Positions 8,896 to 17,319 of a stretch of 64,000 nucleotides of DNA are shown here, piece by piece. Where the stretch lies: positions 32,001 to 96,000 of the IMG/VR virus record IMGVR_UViG_2918987250_000001. The stretch is one strand, 5' to 3'. How positions within the stretch are numbered: position 1 is the first letter of the stretch; each line of letters begins with the position of its first letter. This DNA is from a virus (taxonomy: Duplodnaviria > Caudoviricetes). The notes under the pieces were generated by a model. That model saw nothing but the letters and a program-made list of their open reading frames with translations, did not search any database and had not been told where the DNA came from. Both the position numbers and the translations under genes were made by a program.

Positions 8896-10032
8896 TTGAA
8901 GGTGGAGATGGTTCACTCGGGGAGCCGGCCGCTCACGCGCGCCGCGCTCGCCGGTCGGAGACGTGTGCTCGATGCCGAGCGGACGATCTCCCGCAAGGAG
9001 CTCCAGGCCGCCGGCCGGGAAGCTGCCAAGGCTCTACGCCTGCGCCCTGCCCTACGCTCAATGCTCTCGGCGCTCTGCGCGGTTTGGGGTGAGCAGCCCT
9101 GGAGCCGGCTGATCGTCTGGCCGTCCAATGAGCATCTCAGCTCGATGACCGGGTTGTCGGAGCGGGCGATCCGCTACGCTCTGCGCGACCTCGTGGCCCT
9201 GGAGCTCGTGACGCCGAAGGACTCGGCCAACGGCAAGCGCTACGCGATCCGGGCTCCCGACGGCACGATCGTGGACGCTTTCGGACTCGACCTGACGCCA
9301 CTCGTGGCAGGAATGGCGTCTTGGCGCCAAATCACCATGGAGGCGGCCGCCCAGGATGACCGCAGGCGGCGTTCGTTCGAGCTTTTGACCTGTCACCGCC
9401 GCGCGGTGTCGGAGGCGCTCACGGCCCTCCTGACGCGATTTCCCGAGATCGAGGTTTCGGACCTGGTCGCGGCCCACGAATCTCTTGAGAAAGCGTCACC
9501 GAAACGCCGCGGCGCCGGCGATCCCGAGGCTGTGCTCGAGGCATGGGGAGAACTGCGCCAGATGGCAGAGGAACGCTTCTATCAGGCCGCCTCTGCCGGC
9601 AATTCGTGCCGCCATATAGAACAAGACCCCGGATCTCCTGGTGAGACCTGTGCAAGGGCTCCGCGAGAGGAGCCTGGGACGACCCCTCCCCTTCTCCCCG
9701 ATCTCGTCGCGGCTGCCTGCCCGGTCGGCGCCGAGCTGCTCGGTGCGAATCTCACGGCGGAAGCCGACGTGCTCGACGCCGGCCGGCTGGCGCGGGCGGC
9801 GATCGGCGCGCACCCGTCGGCCTGGCAGGAGGCGTGCGAATCTCTCGGGGCGCTGCGCGCGGCCTGCCTGGCGCTGATCGTCGCCCAGAGGCTCGATGAC
9901 GGCGCCGGCGGCGCTGAGATTCGCATTCAGAAGCCCGGCGGCTACTTCCGGCAGCTCGTGCGCCTATATGGCGAGGGCCGCTACGCGCTCGAGGCCGAGC
10001 TCATGGCGATGCGCCGCCGCAAGATGACGTGA
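8896..10032 (+). CDS. repC: plasmid replication initiator RepC (repABC family)
   Basis: IVWPSNEHLSSMTGLSERAIRYALRDLVALELVTPKDSANGKRY...AFGLDLTPL and C-terminal IQKPGGYFRQL are RepC hallmarks. Confidence 0.9.
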   Translation: MKVEMVHSGSRPLTRAALAGRRRVLDAERTISRKELQAAGREAAKALRLRPALRSMLSALCAVWGEQPWSRLIVWPSNEHLSSMTGLSERAIRYALRDLVALELVTPKDSANGKRYAIRAPDGTIVDAFGLDLTPLVAGMASWRQITMEAAAQDDRRRRSFELLTCHRRAVSEALTALLTRFPEIEVSDLVAAHESLEKASPKRRGAGDPEAVLEAWGELRQMAEERFYQAASAGNSCRHIEQDPGSPGETCARAPREEPGTTPPLLPDLVAAACPVGAELLGANLTAEADVLDAGRLARAAIGAHPSAWQEACESLGALRAACLALIVAQRLDDGAGGAEIRIQKPGGYFRQLVRLYGEGRYALEAELMAMRRRKMT

Positions 10033-10036
10033 GAGC

Positions 10037-10255
10037 TTGATGACCAGGGAACAGAAAGAAGATCTGAAAAACCAGATCACCATCCAACTACTCGCCACGT
10101 ATCTGCGGGATAAAGATCCCGAGGCCTACGAGGAGTTCTTTCGCCCTCAGATCGAAAACGTGAAGAGGCAGATGCCTAACACCCCGGATGGGAAAGAGAT
10201 CGCGGGGCATGTCGAGACTTGCCTGACGCAGCACCCAATGAAGCATATGCCGTAG
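10037..10255 (+). CDS. hypothetical protein
   Basis: 72-aa ORF right after repC, lower GC. Confidence 0.55.
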   Translation: MMTREQKEDLKNQITIQLLATYLRDKDPEAYEEFFRPQIENVKRQMPNTPDGKEIAGHVETCLTQHPMKHMP

Positions 10256-10267
10256 GCCACTTGAAAC

Positions 10268-10295
10268 AAAAGGGCGGTCCCGAGAGGTGCCGCCC
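10268..10295 (-). terminator. intrinsic terminator (minus strand, downstream of tRNAs)
   Basis: GGGCGG..CCGCCC stem followed by TTTT on the minus strand. Confidence 0.6.
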
Positions 10296-10320
10296 ACCCA
10301 ATGCGCAGAAGGAAGATAAC

Positions 10321-10551
10321 GTGACCGATAAAGAACGCCTCGATGCCCAGGAGCGTGCGATCCAAATACTCGCGAACTTCAATTCACTCGCGGACGTGAG
10401 TTTCCGGGGCTATGTTGAGCAGCAGTTAAGGAAATGGCATGACGCCAGCGAAAACAATATGAACACTAGCGAGGCAGAGAAGGCAAAGACTGCCGCATTC
10501 CACGATGAAATTAACAGATTACTTACGCCTCGGAAGTCGGATTTCGTATGA
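10321..10551 (+). CDS. hypothetical protein
   Basis: GTG start at 10321 after AAGGAAG; lower GC. Confidence 0.5.
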   Translation: MTDKERLDAQERAIQILANFNSLADVSFRGYVEQQLRKWHDASENNMNTSEAEKAKTAAFHDEINRLLTPRKSDFV

Positions 10552-10553
10552 GT

Positions 10554-10628
10554 TGGTCGCGGTGACAGGAATTGAACCTGTGACCTGGGGCGTATGAGGC
10601 CCTCGCTCTACCGCTGAGCTACACCGCA
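10554..10628 (-). tRNA. tRNA-Met (anticodon CAT; elongator Met or Ile2)
   Basis: TGCGGTGTAGCTCAGCGGTAGAGCG-AGGGC-CTCATAC-GCCCC...GGTTCAATTCC...ACCA; cloverleaf with encoded CCA. Confidence 0.9.
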
Positions 10629-10631
10629 ACA

Positions 10632-10708
10632 TGGTGGCGACAGATGGAATCGAACCATCGCGGGCGCAGATTTTCAGTCTGCCGCTCTACCGACTGAGCT
10701 ACATCGCC
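10632..10708 (-). tRNA. tRNA-Phe (GAA)
   Basis: GGCGATGTAGCTCAGTCGGTAGAGCG-GCAGA-CTGAAAA-TCTGC...GGTTCGATTCC...CACCA. Confidence 0.92.
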
Positions 10709-10714
10709 TCTCAT

Positions 10715-10742
10715 AAAAAAGGGCGGCCCCGAAGGACCGCCC
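10715..10742 (-). terminator. intrinsic terminator between ligase and tRNAs
   Basis: GGGCGGTCC-TTCG-GGGCCGCCC-TTTTTT on the minus strand. Confidence 0.75.
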
Positions 10743-10822
10743 ACACACAGAAAGGAACCCAACCATCAGTCGGCTTCGCAAGAAGAGGGATAAGAGCCCC
10801 TCAGAGATAAGTCAACACTGAC

Positions 10823-12241
10823 TTACGCAGCCACGCGCAAATTTTCGTCCTTGTCGTCGCGGAAGCGGACGAAGCGCGGGTGCCGGAGCGAGCCGTCGGG
10901 CGTCACCTCGTGGAACTCGACCTCGCACAGCCGGAACGGGGTGAGGAAGCGGCGCCGGACCTTGCCGTTGACCGTCCAGGGTTCGCCGGCCGGCATCTTG
11001 CGGACCTCGGCATCCCAGAACGCCAGCTCGTCGTGCTTGTAGCCGCCGCCGACGGCGACCACGACCATCTCGCCGTTGTGCTCGCGCTCGACCAGGAAGC
11101 CCGCGAACTTGTCCTCGAGCGCACGGCCGGGCTCGCCGGTCTGCCAGCCGATGATGCGCAGGTCCTCGGTCTCCTCGGCCTTGATCTTCTGCCAGATGTG
11201 ACCCTTCTTCCGCACGTAGTGACCCTCGAGAGGCTTCACCATCGCGCCCTCGAGCTTGTTGCTCCGGTGCTCGTTGTAGACCTCGATGATCTCCTCGTGG
11301 CTGTTGATCTCGCGGAAGTCGGTGAGCCGGATCGGGGCGCCCTCGGGGGCGTGGGCGACGATGAACTTGAGGAACTTGCGCCGCACGCGCAGCGGCACCT
11401 TCCACTCGATCTGCGTCGGGTCGCGCATGAAGGCGTAGGGCACGGCGTCGAAAAGGTAGAGCAGCGCGTCCTTCGCCTCGTTGCCCTTGCGGCGCAGCTC
11501 GCCCGAGGTCTCGGCGTAGGAGCGCGTCATCATCTCGCCGTCGAGCGCGCAGCTCGGGCCGTCCTCGCCGCCGAGCCAGCGGTAGAAGTGCTCGGCCGGG
11601 CCGGAGCCGGCCACGAACAGGTTGTAGGCCTTGTCGTGCGCAGCCGCGACCATGTCGGCGAGGTAGGGGCCGGCCCAGTCGAGCTGCGGGAAGTGGTTGC
11701 CGACCCGCGAGAACGCCTTCGACACGCCGCCGGTGACGAGGCTCATGCCGCGGAATCCATCGAGCTTGGGCTCGACCGCGACCGGGAAGACCTTGATGCG
11801 CTTCTCCTCGTAGGCCCTGGAGAGCATCAGGTCGAAGGTCGGCACCGTGTTCGGCAGGACGCCGTTGATCGTCTTCTCGGAGATGCCGCAGCGCAGGTCC
11901 TTTGCCAGGATGCGCCAGAGCACCTGGGCGGCCGGGCCGTTGAACTCGGCGAAGAGCTTGTCCACTGCGGCCTTGGCCGCGTTGCCCGTCAGCTCGCGCG
12001 CCTTGAGCTTGTGCAGCGTGATCCAGGGCTCGGCCGTCTCCAGGTCGAAGGCCAGCTCGCCGGCGACCTTGGGCGGCTTGGGCGGCGTGATGCCGAAGGT
12101 GACGAACGGGTCGTAGGCGAGCCGCACGGTCTCCTTCACGAGCGGGTCGTCGATGTGCTGCCGGAGCAGATCCTCCTTGGCGTTGCGCGAGCTCGTCGCC
12201 GCGATCTGCTCGAGGAGGGTGAAAACGTCGAACGAGTTCAC
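10823..12241 (-). CDS. ATP-dependent DNA ligase
   Basis: Motif I EPKLDG, ALDGE, YLFD, EGAMVK, WQKIK; OB-fold SLRHPRFVRFRDDK. Confidence 0.93.
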   Translation of the reverse strand: MNSFDVFTLLEQIAATSSRNAKEDLLRQHIDDPLVKETVRLAYDPFVTFGITPPKPPKVAGELAFDLETAEPWITLHKLKARELTGNAAKAAVDKLFAEFNGPAAQVLWRILAKDLRCGISEKTINGVLPNTVPTFDLMLSRAYEEKRIKVFPVAVEPKLDGFRGMSLVTGGVSKAFSRVGNHFPQLDWAGPYLADMVAAAHDKAYNLFVAGSGPAEHFYRWLGGEDGPSCALDGEMMTRSYAETSGELRRKGNEAKDALLYLFDAVPYAFMRDPTQIEWKVPLRVRRKFLKFIVAHAPEGAPIRLTDFREINSHEEIIEVYNEHRSNKLEGAMVKPLEGHYVRKKGHIWQKIKAEETEDLRIIGWQTGEPGRALEDKFAGFLVEREHNGEMVVVAVGGGYKHDELAFWDAEVRKMPAGEPWTVNGKVRRRFLTPFRLCEVEFHEVTPDGSLRHPRFVRFRDDKDENLRVAA

Positions 12242-12251
12242 GATTGGTTCC

Positions 12252-12371
12252 TTAGATGAGGACGAAAGCGATTAAGAGGAGCCAGCCCCAGCCGTCGTGC
12301 CCGGTCAGCATGACGACGGCAGCCAGGACGAGGCTGATGAGGACAAGGAACGAGCGATCGGCGCGGCTCAT
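12252..12371 (-). CDS. small two-helix membrane protein (not in ORF track)
   Basis: MSRADRSFLVLISLVLAAVVMLTGHDGWGWLLLIAFVLI*, TGATG overlap with the upstream gene. Confidence 0.6.
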   Translation of the reverse strand: MSRADRSFLVLISLVLAAVVMLTGHDGWGWLLLIAFVLI

Positions 12372-13069
12372 CACGCAGCCGCCTTTGCGGCCTGCCGGGC
12401 GCGAGCCATCTCGAGGAGCGACATTCCCTTGCCGGCCGGTGCCGGTTCGGGAGCGGGCTTGGGGGCGGCCGGCGCGGGCGCAGGCGGCTTCGGAGCGGGT
12501 GCCGGCGTCTTGGGTGCCGGCGCGGGCTTCACGGGCTCAGCGGCCTTCGCAGCAGCCTTCGTGACCGCGGCCGACAGGTCGCCGCTGATCGCTGCCTTGG
12601 TGAGCTCGTCGTCCTCGGCCGGCTTGGGTGCGCTGGCCGGCTTCACGGGCGCGAGCGTGACCGAGGCCGCCTTGCGCGCCGACTTGCGGGCAGAGCCGGT
12701 GCCGGCCGCGTCGTTCATCGCGGCGATGGCCTGAGCCTCCGCGCCGCCGACGCCGAGTTCGTTCATCGTCTGTTCCCGAACGATGATCGGCCCGATCTGG
12801 TCGAGGATCTCCGGCCGCAGCGCGACCACCTTGGGCTCGCTCGCGTGGTAGTGGTCGTTGCCGGTGCGCTGGATGTCGCGGTTGATCCAGTAGATCGGAC
12901 ACTTGGAGCCGCGGATGCAGGCCTGGCAGCCGCGCCGCTCGTCCTGGATCTTGCCGCGCGCGAGCTGCTGCTCGAGGGCGAAGCAGTCGGCGATCTTGGT
13001 CTCGGCCCCGAAGATCGGGCAGACGATCAGCGCCTCGTTCTTGGGCGAGTAGGTCTTGATGAGCGTCAT
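12371..13069 (-). CDS. hypothetical protein (Cys-rich N-terminus, Pro/Ala/Lys-rich tail)
   Basis: CPIFG..DC..GCQAC..KCP; in operon. Confidence 0.7.
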   Translation of the reverse strand: MTLIKTYSPKNEALIVCPIFGAETKIADCFALEQQLARGKIQDERRGCQACIRGSKCPIYWINRDIQRTGNDHYHASEPKVVALRPEILDQIGPIIVREQTMNELGVGGAEAQAIAAMNDAAGTGSARKSARKAASVTLAPVKPASAPKPAEDDELTKAAISGDLSAAVTKAAAKAAEPVKPAPAPKTPAPAPKPPAPAPAAPKPAPEPAPAGKGMSLLEMARARQAAKAAA

Positions 13070-13071
13070 GG

Positions 13072-13296
13072 CTACCAGGATCCCCAGGTATCATTGACCG
13101 CGAGCTCGGCGTTCAGGGCGGCCTCTTCGGCCTCCTGCTGAGCGAGCACGGCGGATCGGTTGTGAAGGAGGGTGACGAGCTGACGCTGCGGCTCGCGCAG
13201 CGCGACGATGACTTCGGCGCGCGCCATCGAGGTTAGCGCCTCGAGAAGAGGCGGCATCCAGCGGCGCGTGTTGGGAACGGTGATCGCCTCCCTCAC
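13072..13296 (-). CDS. hypothetical protein ending in WGSW
   Basis: GTG start overlapping the upstream TGA (GTGA); ...LAVNDTWGSW*. Confidence 0.6.
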   Translation of the reverse strand: MREAITVPNTRRWMPPLLEALTSMARAEVIVALREPQRQLVTLLHNRSAVLAQQEAEEAALNAELAVNDTWGSW

Positions 13297-13820
13297 CACG
13301 ATCCCCAGTTCGGGTTGGCTGCGACTTCTTCCTCGACCGTCGGCGCGGCCGGATCGACGAAATCCTTGAAGACGTGCTTGGGCTGGTAGCCCTTGCGGAC
13401 GACCTTGCCGTCGCGATCGAACTCGGGGACCGGGTCGGGCTCCTTGACGCCGGACACGTCGAGATCGGGGGCGACGTGCAGCAGGTTCGCGGCGCCCATG
13501 TTGAAGCGCAGGTGAGGCCCGAGCGCCTTGGCGAACTCGGCCGCGTTGGCGCACTCGATGAGGTTGTCGCGGCCCGCGTCGTGCTCGTAGCCGCCGCGGT
13601 GGCTGCGCTTCTCGCTGTCCTTCATCTCGAAGGAGGTGACAGCCATTTCCGAGCGCTCGAAGGTCTCGACCTTCATTTGCCCGGTGGTGTTCTTCTTGCC
13701 CCAGCGCTGGACGAGAACGGCCCGGCCCTCGCCGTTCACGATGAGGACCTGGTGGTATTCCTTGGTGCCCTGTCGATGCAGCATCGACTTCTTGCGGATC
13801 GCGATCGGGTAGACCGTCAT
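13293..13820 (-). CDS. WGR-domain protein ending in WGSW
   Basis: KEYH...VQRWGKKNTTGQMKVETF...A..SF....EKRSHRGGY fits the WGR pattern. Confidence 0.72.
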   Translation of the reverse strand: MTVYPIAIRKKSMLHRQGTKEYHQVLIVNGEGRAVLVQRWGKKNTTGQMKVETFERSEMAVTSFEMKDSEKRSHRGGYEHDAGRDNLIECANAAEFAKALGPHLRFNMGAANLLHVAPDLDVSGVKEPDPVPEFDRDGKVVRKGYQPKHVFKDFVDPAAPTVEEEVAANPNWGSW

Positions 13821-13911
13821 GGCTCCTCTCTGTGTCTGTGTGCGCGTCAGTCGCTACAACGTGACTATAGCGAACGCTTCTCGGGATGTGAGTCAGTCCT
13901 GACTTATTCGT

Positions 13912-15045
13912 CTAGGCAGCTTCGAGGGTCTTCTGCCGGCGCAGCGCGGTGTAGGGGTTGCGCAGGCGCCATTCGACGGCGAGGCGCGAAGAGAACTCCT
14001 GCGCCTCCCAGATCGCGCGGCGCACGACCGCGGGCTTGGCATCGTTCGGGTCCTGGTCGAGCGGCAGCAGGGCGACGCGCGCCTTGAGGCCGATCTTGCG
14101 AATGGACTCGGCCGTCTTCGTCGCGGCGACCAGCGCGTCGGGCGTTCCGTCCCAGCAGATGATGACCTCCTCGAGCCCGTAGCTCTTGAGGATGAGGAGC
14201 TGGCCGAGCTGGTCCTTACCCTCGAGGTCGCCGGTGGAGAGGTGCTTGCCGAAGGACCCGACCGGCACGATGTCGCGCAGGTCGCTCTCCTCGTCGAGCG
14301 CCGCCTTGAGCGAGAACACGTCGAAGGCGCCCTCCCCCATCACGATCCGGCGCGCCCGCACCGCGTTCTGGCCGTTGAAGAGGAAGCGCCCGGTGCCCGG
14401 CAGCGCGGGTGGGAAGAGGTATTTCGGCTCCTGCGTGCCGATCACGTCGCGGCCCTGGAAGGTCACGAGCGTCCCGTCGAGGTCGTAGACCGGGATGATG
14501 AGACGCTGCTCCCACTTCTGGCCGCCGCGCTTGCCGTCGTCCTTGGTCCAGTTCCACCAGCCGTCATCGCAGTAGCGCAGGTGGAAATAGGCCGCGAGCT
14601 CGGGGCTGATGCCGCGATCGGCCAGATACTTGAGCGTCTGACCCTCGGGCGTCGGCAGCGCGAAGCTGTCGGGCAGCTTGATCTCGCCCGGCTCCACGAT
14701 CGCGGCCGTCGTGGTTCGTTTCGGGCGCCAGCCCTGGTCCACGCAAGCCTGCTTGACGTGCTTGAGGGTGTCGCCCCACTTCGCCGCGTTCTTGTCGCCG
14801 TGCAGATAGGCGTTGATGAAGTTGAGCTTGGTGAAGGTCGTGTCGCACACGAAGCACTTCCCCAGGCCGGAATCCGCGTTGAGGTAGACGCGGTAGCGGC
14901 TGTCCCGGCAGTGGTCCTGCGGGCAGTCGCGGCAGTTGATCTGCATGCCGCTCGAGCCTCGTGTGGGGCCGCGGTAGGCAAGCCCCTCGCGGTCGAACCA
15001 CTGTTCGAGGTCGAGCTCCTCGGCGAGCTCCTGGAAGTCGCTCAT
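13912..15045 (-). CDS. DNA primase (Zn finger + TOPRIM)
   Basis: CxxC..C / CFVC; LIIPVYD..G.LVTFQGR..KY; MGEGAFD; ICWDG..DA; DPND. Confidence 0.9.
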   Translation of the reverse strand: MSDFQELAEELDLEQWFDREGLAYRGPTRGSSGMQINCRDCPQDHCRDSRYRVYLNADSGLGKCFVCDTTFTKLNFINAYLHGDKNAAKWGDTLKHVKQACVDQGWRPKRTTTAAIVEPGEIKLPDSFALPTPEGQTLKYLADRGISPELAAYFHLRYCDDGWWNWTKDDGKRGGQKWEQRLIIPVYDLDGTLVTFQGRDVIGTQEPKYLFPPALPGTGRFLFNGQNAVRARRIVMGEGAFDVFSLKAALDEESDLRDIVPVGSFGKHLSTGDLEGKDQLGQLLILKSYGLEEVIICWDGTPDALVAATKTAESIRKIGLKARVALLPLDQDPNDAKPAVVRRAIWEAQEFSSRLAVEWRLRNPYTALRRQKTLEAA

Positions 15046-15314
15046 ACGAGGCTCGCGATGTCGAGGACGCTCTCGAGGCGGGTTTCGAGCGTCTTGATCC
15101 GATCCTTCGCCAAGTCCAGCTCGATCTGGCGCCGGCACTGAAGCTCCTGGTATTCATTGAGATCGACCGAGTTCGCCTCGCGCCAGGCAAGCCCGAGCTG
15201 GTTCTGGTCGATCGGCACCTCGTGCTCGACCATGAGCGCCATCACCGGCCGCGGCGGCGTGAACCACCGGCGCTGGGTGTAGCGAATCTCGAAACGGTAG
15301 CGTCCGGTCTTCAC
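15042..15314 (-). CDS. hypothetical protein
   Basis: GTG start overlaps the upstream stop; its stop overlaps the primase start. Confidence 0.55.
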   Translation of the reverse strand: MKTGRYRFEIRYTQRRWFTPPRPVMALMVEHEVPIDQNQLGLAWREANSVDLNEYQELQCRRQIELDLAKDRIKTLETRLESVLDIASLV

Positions 15315-15610
15315 GCGGCCTCCTCCAGTTCGGTCGCCTCGCAGGCGATCTCCATGACGACAGAGACCGCGTAGCGGCCGGCGAGACTGTCCGGCGCCAG
15401 GATCTCGATGATGTAGTCGAAGGCGGTCCAGCTCTCGGGCTCGGCCTCGATCTGCGCCTGAAGGATGGAGGCCGCGGCCTCCTCCCCGGTGAGCATGAAC
15501 GGGAACTCGCACTCGATCCCGCTGTCGTAGGGCTCGGCCGGCAGGTAGGCCGGGTTGAGCTTGATCTGCTGGCGCGGGCACTCGCGCCAGGTCACATCGA
15601 CGGTCGTCAT
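15311..15610 (-). CDS. hypothetical protein
   Basis: 99-aa coupled ORF. Confidence 0.6.
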   Translation of the reverse strand: MTTVDVTWRECPRQQIKLNPAYLPAEPYDSGIECEFPFMLTGEEAAASILQAQIEAEPESWTAFDYIIEILAPDSLAGRYAVSVVMEIACEATELEEAA

Positions 15611-16971
15611 GAACGGGTCACTCCCAGGACCTTGGACAGGAACTTCATGCGGGCGCGATCCTGCTGGATGCGCAGCACGACGCCCTCTTCGCCGTTACGG
15701 TGAGCCACGAACTCGATGCGGGCCTCGGAGACGGCCTTCTCTTCGCTCGTGGCGCTGATCGCGATCACCACGTCGGCGATGCGGATCTTGTTGAAGTCTT
15801 CGGCCACGTCGGTGGCCTTCACGGAGGTCGCCTTGGCGCCCTCGCGGTTCGTCTGCGTCGCAGTGAGAACCGCGGCGTTCTGCTCGAAGGCGATGGCGCG
15901 CAGATCGACCCAGATCGACTTCGAGTTGGAGATCTCGTTGTCCGAGCGGTGCTCGGGCTGCATGATGTCCGCGTAGTCCACGCAGATCAGATCGAAGACG
16001 ATCCCGCGCGCCCGGTAGCGCTCGATCAGACGCCGAAGCTGCGACGGCTTGAGCGTGCCCGTCGGGAACTCGTGGATGATGAGCTTGCCGGCCGTCTTCG
16101 CGGCCTTCTCGACAGCCTCCTCGACCTTGTAGGGGTTGTCGTTGAGCCCCTTCATCAGCACGTCGGAGAGGTTCGCGTCGATGCGGTCGGCGATGATGCG
16201 GCCGGCGACTTCGAGCGAGACGTAGAGGACGTTGTAGCCCGCGAGACTGGCGAACTTGCCGAACTCGCCGAGACCCATCGACTTGCCGCCCTTGGCCGGT
16301 GCCATCAGCGCCGAGAGCTCCTTGCGGCCCCAGCCCTTGTGGTAGAGGAGGTCGTCGATCTCCTTGATGCCGGTGCTGATGCCGTCGGGCTTGTAGAGCC
16401 CGGCCAGGATCGCCTTGCGGCGCTCGGTGCGGCTCGGCACGTCGGCGTAGTAGTCGATGCCGCCGTCGTCATCAGCGAGACCAACGAGCTTGGCCGCCTC
16501 GATGCGCTTGAAGACCTTCTCGTAGTCGCCCCGGTCCATGTCACCGACGGAGGCCAGGATCGCCTCTTCCATCGCCCGGTGCTTGGCGAAGGTGGAGATC
16601 TCGTCGAGGACGAAGTCGCGGTCGGAGATGTCGGCGGTCAGGATCTCCTTGATCTTGAGCTTGACATCCGCGACCTGGTCCTTGCGGATCTGCTTCAACG
16701 CAATGGCGTTCTGCACAAGACGGATGAGCGTCGTCTTGTCGGGCAGCATCTTATACTTGGCGAAATACTCCGTGGTGAGCCGGACGAGCGACGCCTCGGC
16801 CTCGTTCACGAAATACATCGGCATGATGAGGCCGTCGGCCCGCTGCGCGAACAGCGGGTCGCGGACCTGGAGCGCCGCGACCTTCGTCTGGAACTCCATG
16901 TCGAAGGTGAAGCCGGCCGGCGATGCGACCGGCTCGGCGTCCTCTTCCTCGATCGTGACGTGCGCGGTCAT
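15607..16971 (-). CDS. dnaB: DnaB-like replicative helicase
   Basis: ISTGIKEID, APAKGGKS, YVSLE, ICVDYAD, TATQTNR, HRNG. Confidence 0.9.
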   Translation of the reverse strand: MTAHVTIEEEDAEPVASPAGFTFDMEFQTKVAALQVRDPLFAQRADGLIMPMYFVNEAEASLVRLTTEYFAKYKMLPDKTTLIRLVQNAIALKQIRKDQVADVKLKIKEILTADISDRDFVLDEISTFAKHRAMEEAILASVGDMDRGDYEKVFKRIEAAKLVGLADDDGGIDYYADVPSRTERRKAILAGLYKPDGISTGIKEIDDLLYHKGWGRKELSALMAPAKGGKSMGLGEFGKFASLAGYNVLYVSLEVAGRIIADRIDANLSDVLMKGLNDNPYKVEEAVEKAAKTAGKLIIHEFPTGTLKPSQLRRLIERYRARGIVFDLICVDYADIMQPEHRSDNEISNSKSIWVDLRAIAFEQNAAVLTATQTNREGAKATSVKATDVAEDFNKIRIADVVIAISATSEEKAVSEARIEFVAHRNGEEGVVLRIQQDRARMKFLSKVLGVTRS

Positions 16972-16974
16972 GGC

Positions 16975-17262
16975 TTAGGCCCCGATCAGGCCATAGGCGA
17001 TGAACCCGCTCCCCTTCAGGAAAGTCAGCGCTGACTTACCCTTACCGTCAGACCCAGGCAGCTCGACCTTCACGGCGAACTGATCCGCAGCCACGAGCAC
17101 GCCGGTCTTGGTGGCGCCGTCGGGCAGCAGCAGGGCGATGCCCTTGCCGTAGTGCGCCTTCAGCTCGTCCTGGTGGTTCCAGGCCTTCGGGCGGTTCGGG
17201 CTGCGGGGAGCGGTCGGACCACGGCGTTCGAACTGCACGGGGCCGCGTGAGGGGTGCTTCAT
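16975..17262 (-). CDS. Hfq/Sm-like RNA-binding protein
   Basis: HQDEL...IALLLPDGATKTGVLVAADQFAVKV...TFLKG aligns by eye with Hfq Sm1 (LQD.FL...I.LVNG.KL.G....FD.F.VLL) and Sm2 (VYKH). Confidence 0.55.
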   Translation of the reverse strand: MKHPSRGPVQFERRGPTAPRSPNRPKAWNHQDELKAHYGKGIALLLPDGATKTGVLVAADQFAVKVELPGSDGKGKSALTFLKGSGFIAYGLIGA

Positions 17263-17319
17263 CGTCTCTCTCGTGATTGCTGCTCGCGAATGACTATAGC
17301 GAGCGCGTTTCGGGGTTTC

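Noticed and set aside
10554-10708. tRNAs as a prophage attachment site, or tRNA-CAT as initiator fMet
   Set aside because: No integrase or duplicated tRNA 3' end, and phage genes continue on both sides; the tRNA lacks the C1:A72 mismatch and the three consecutive G:C pairs at 29-31/39-41 of initiators.
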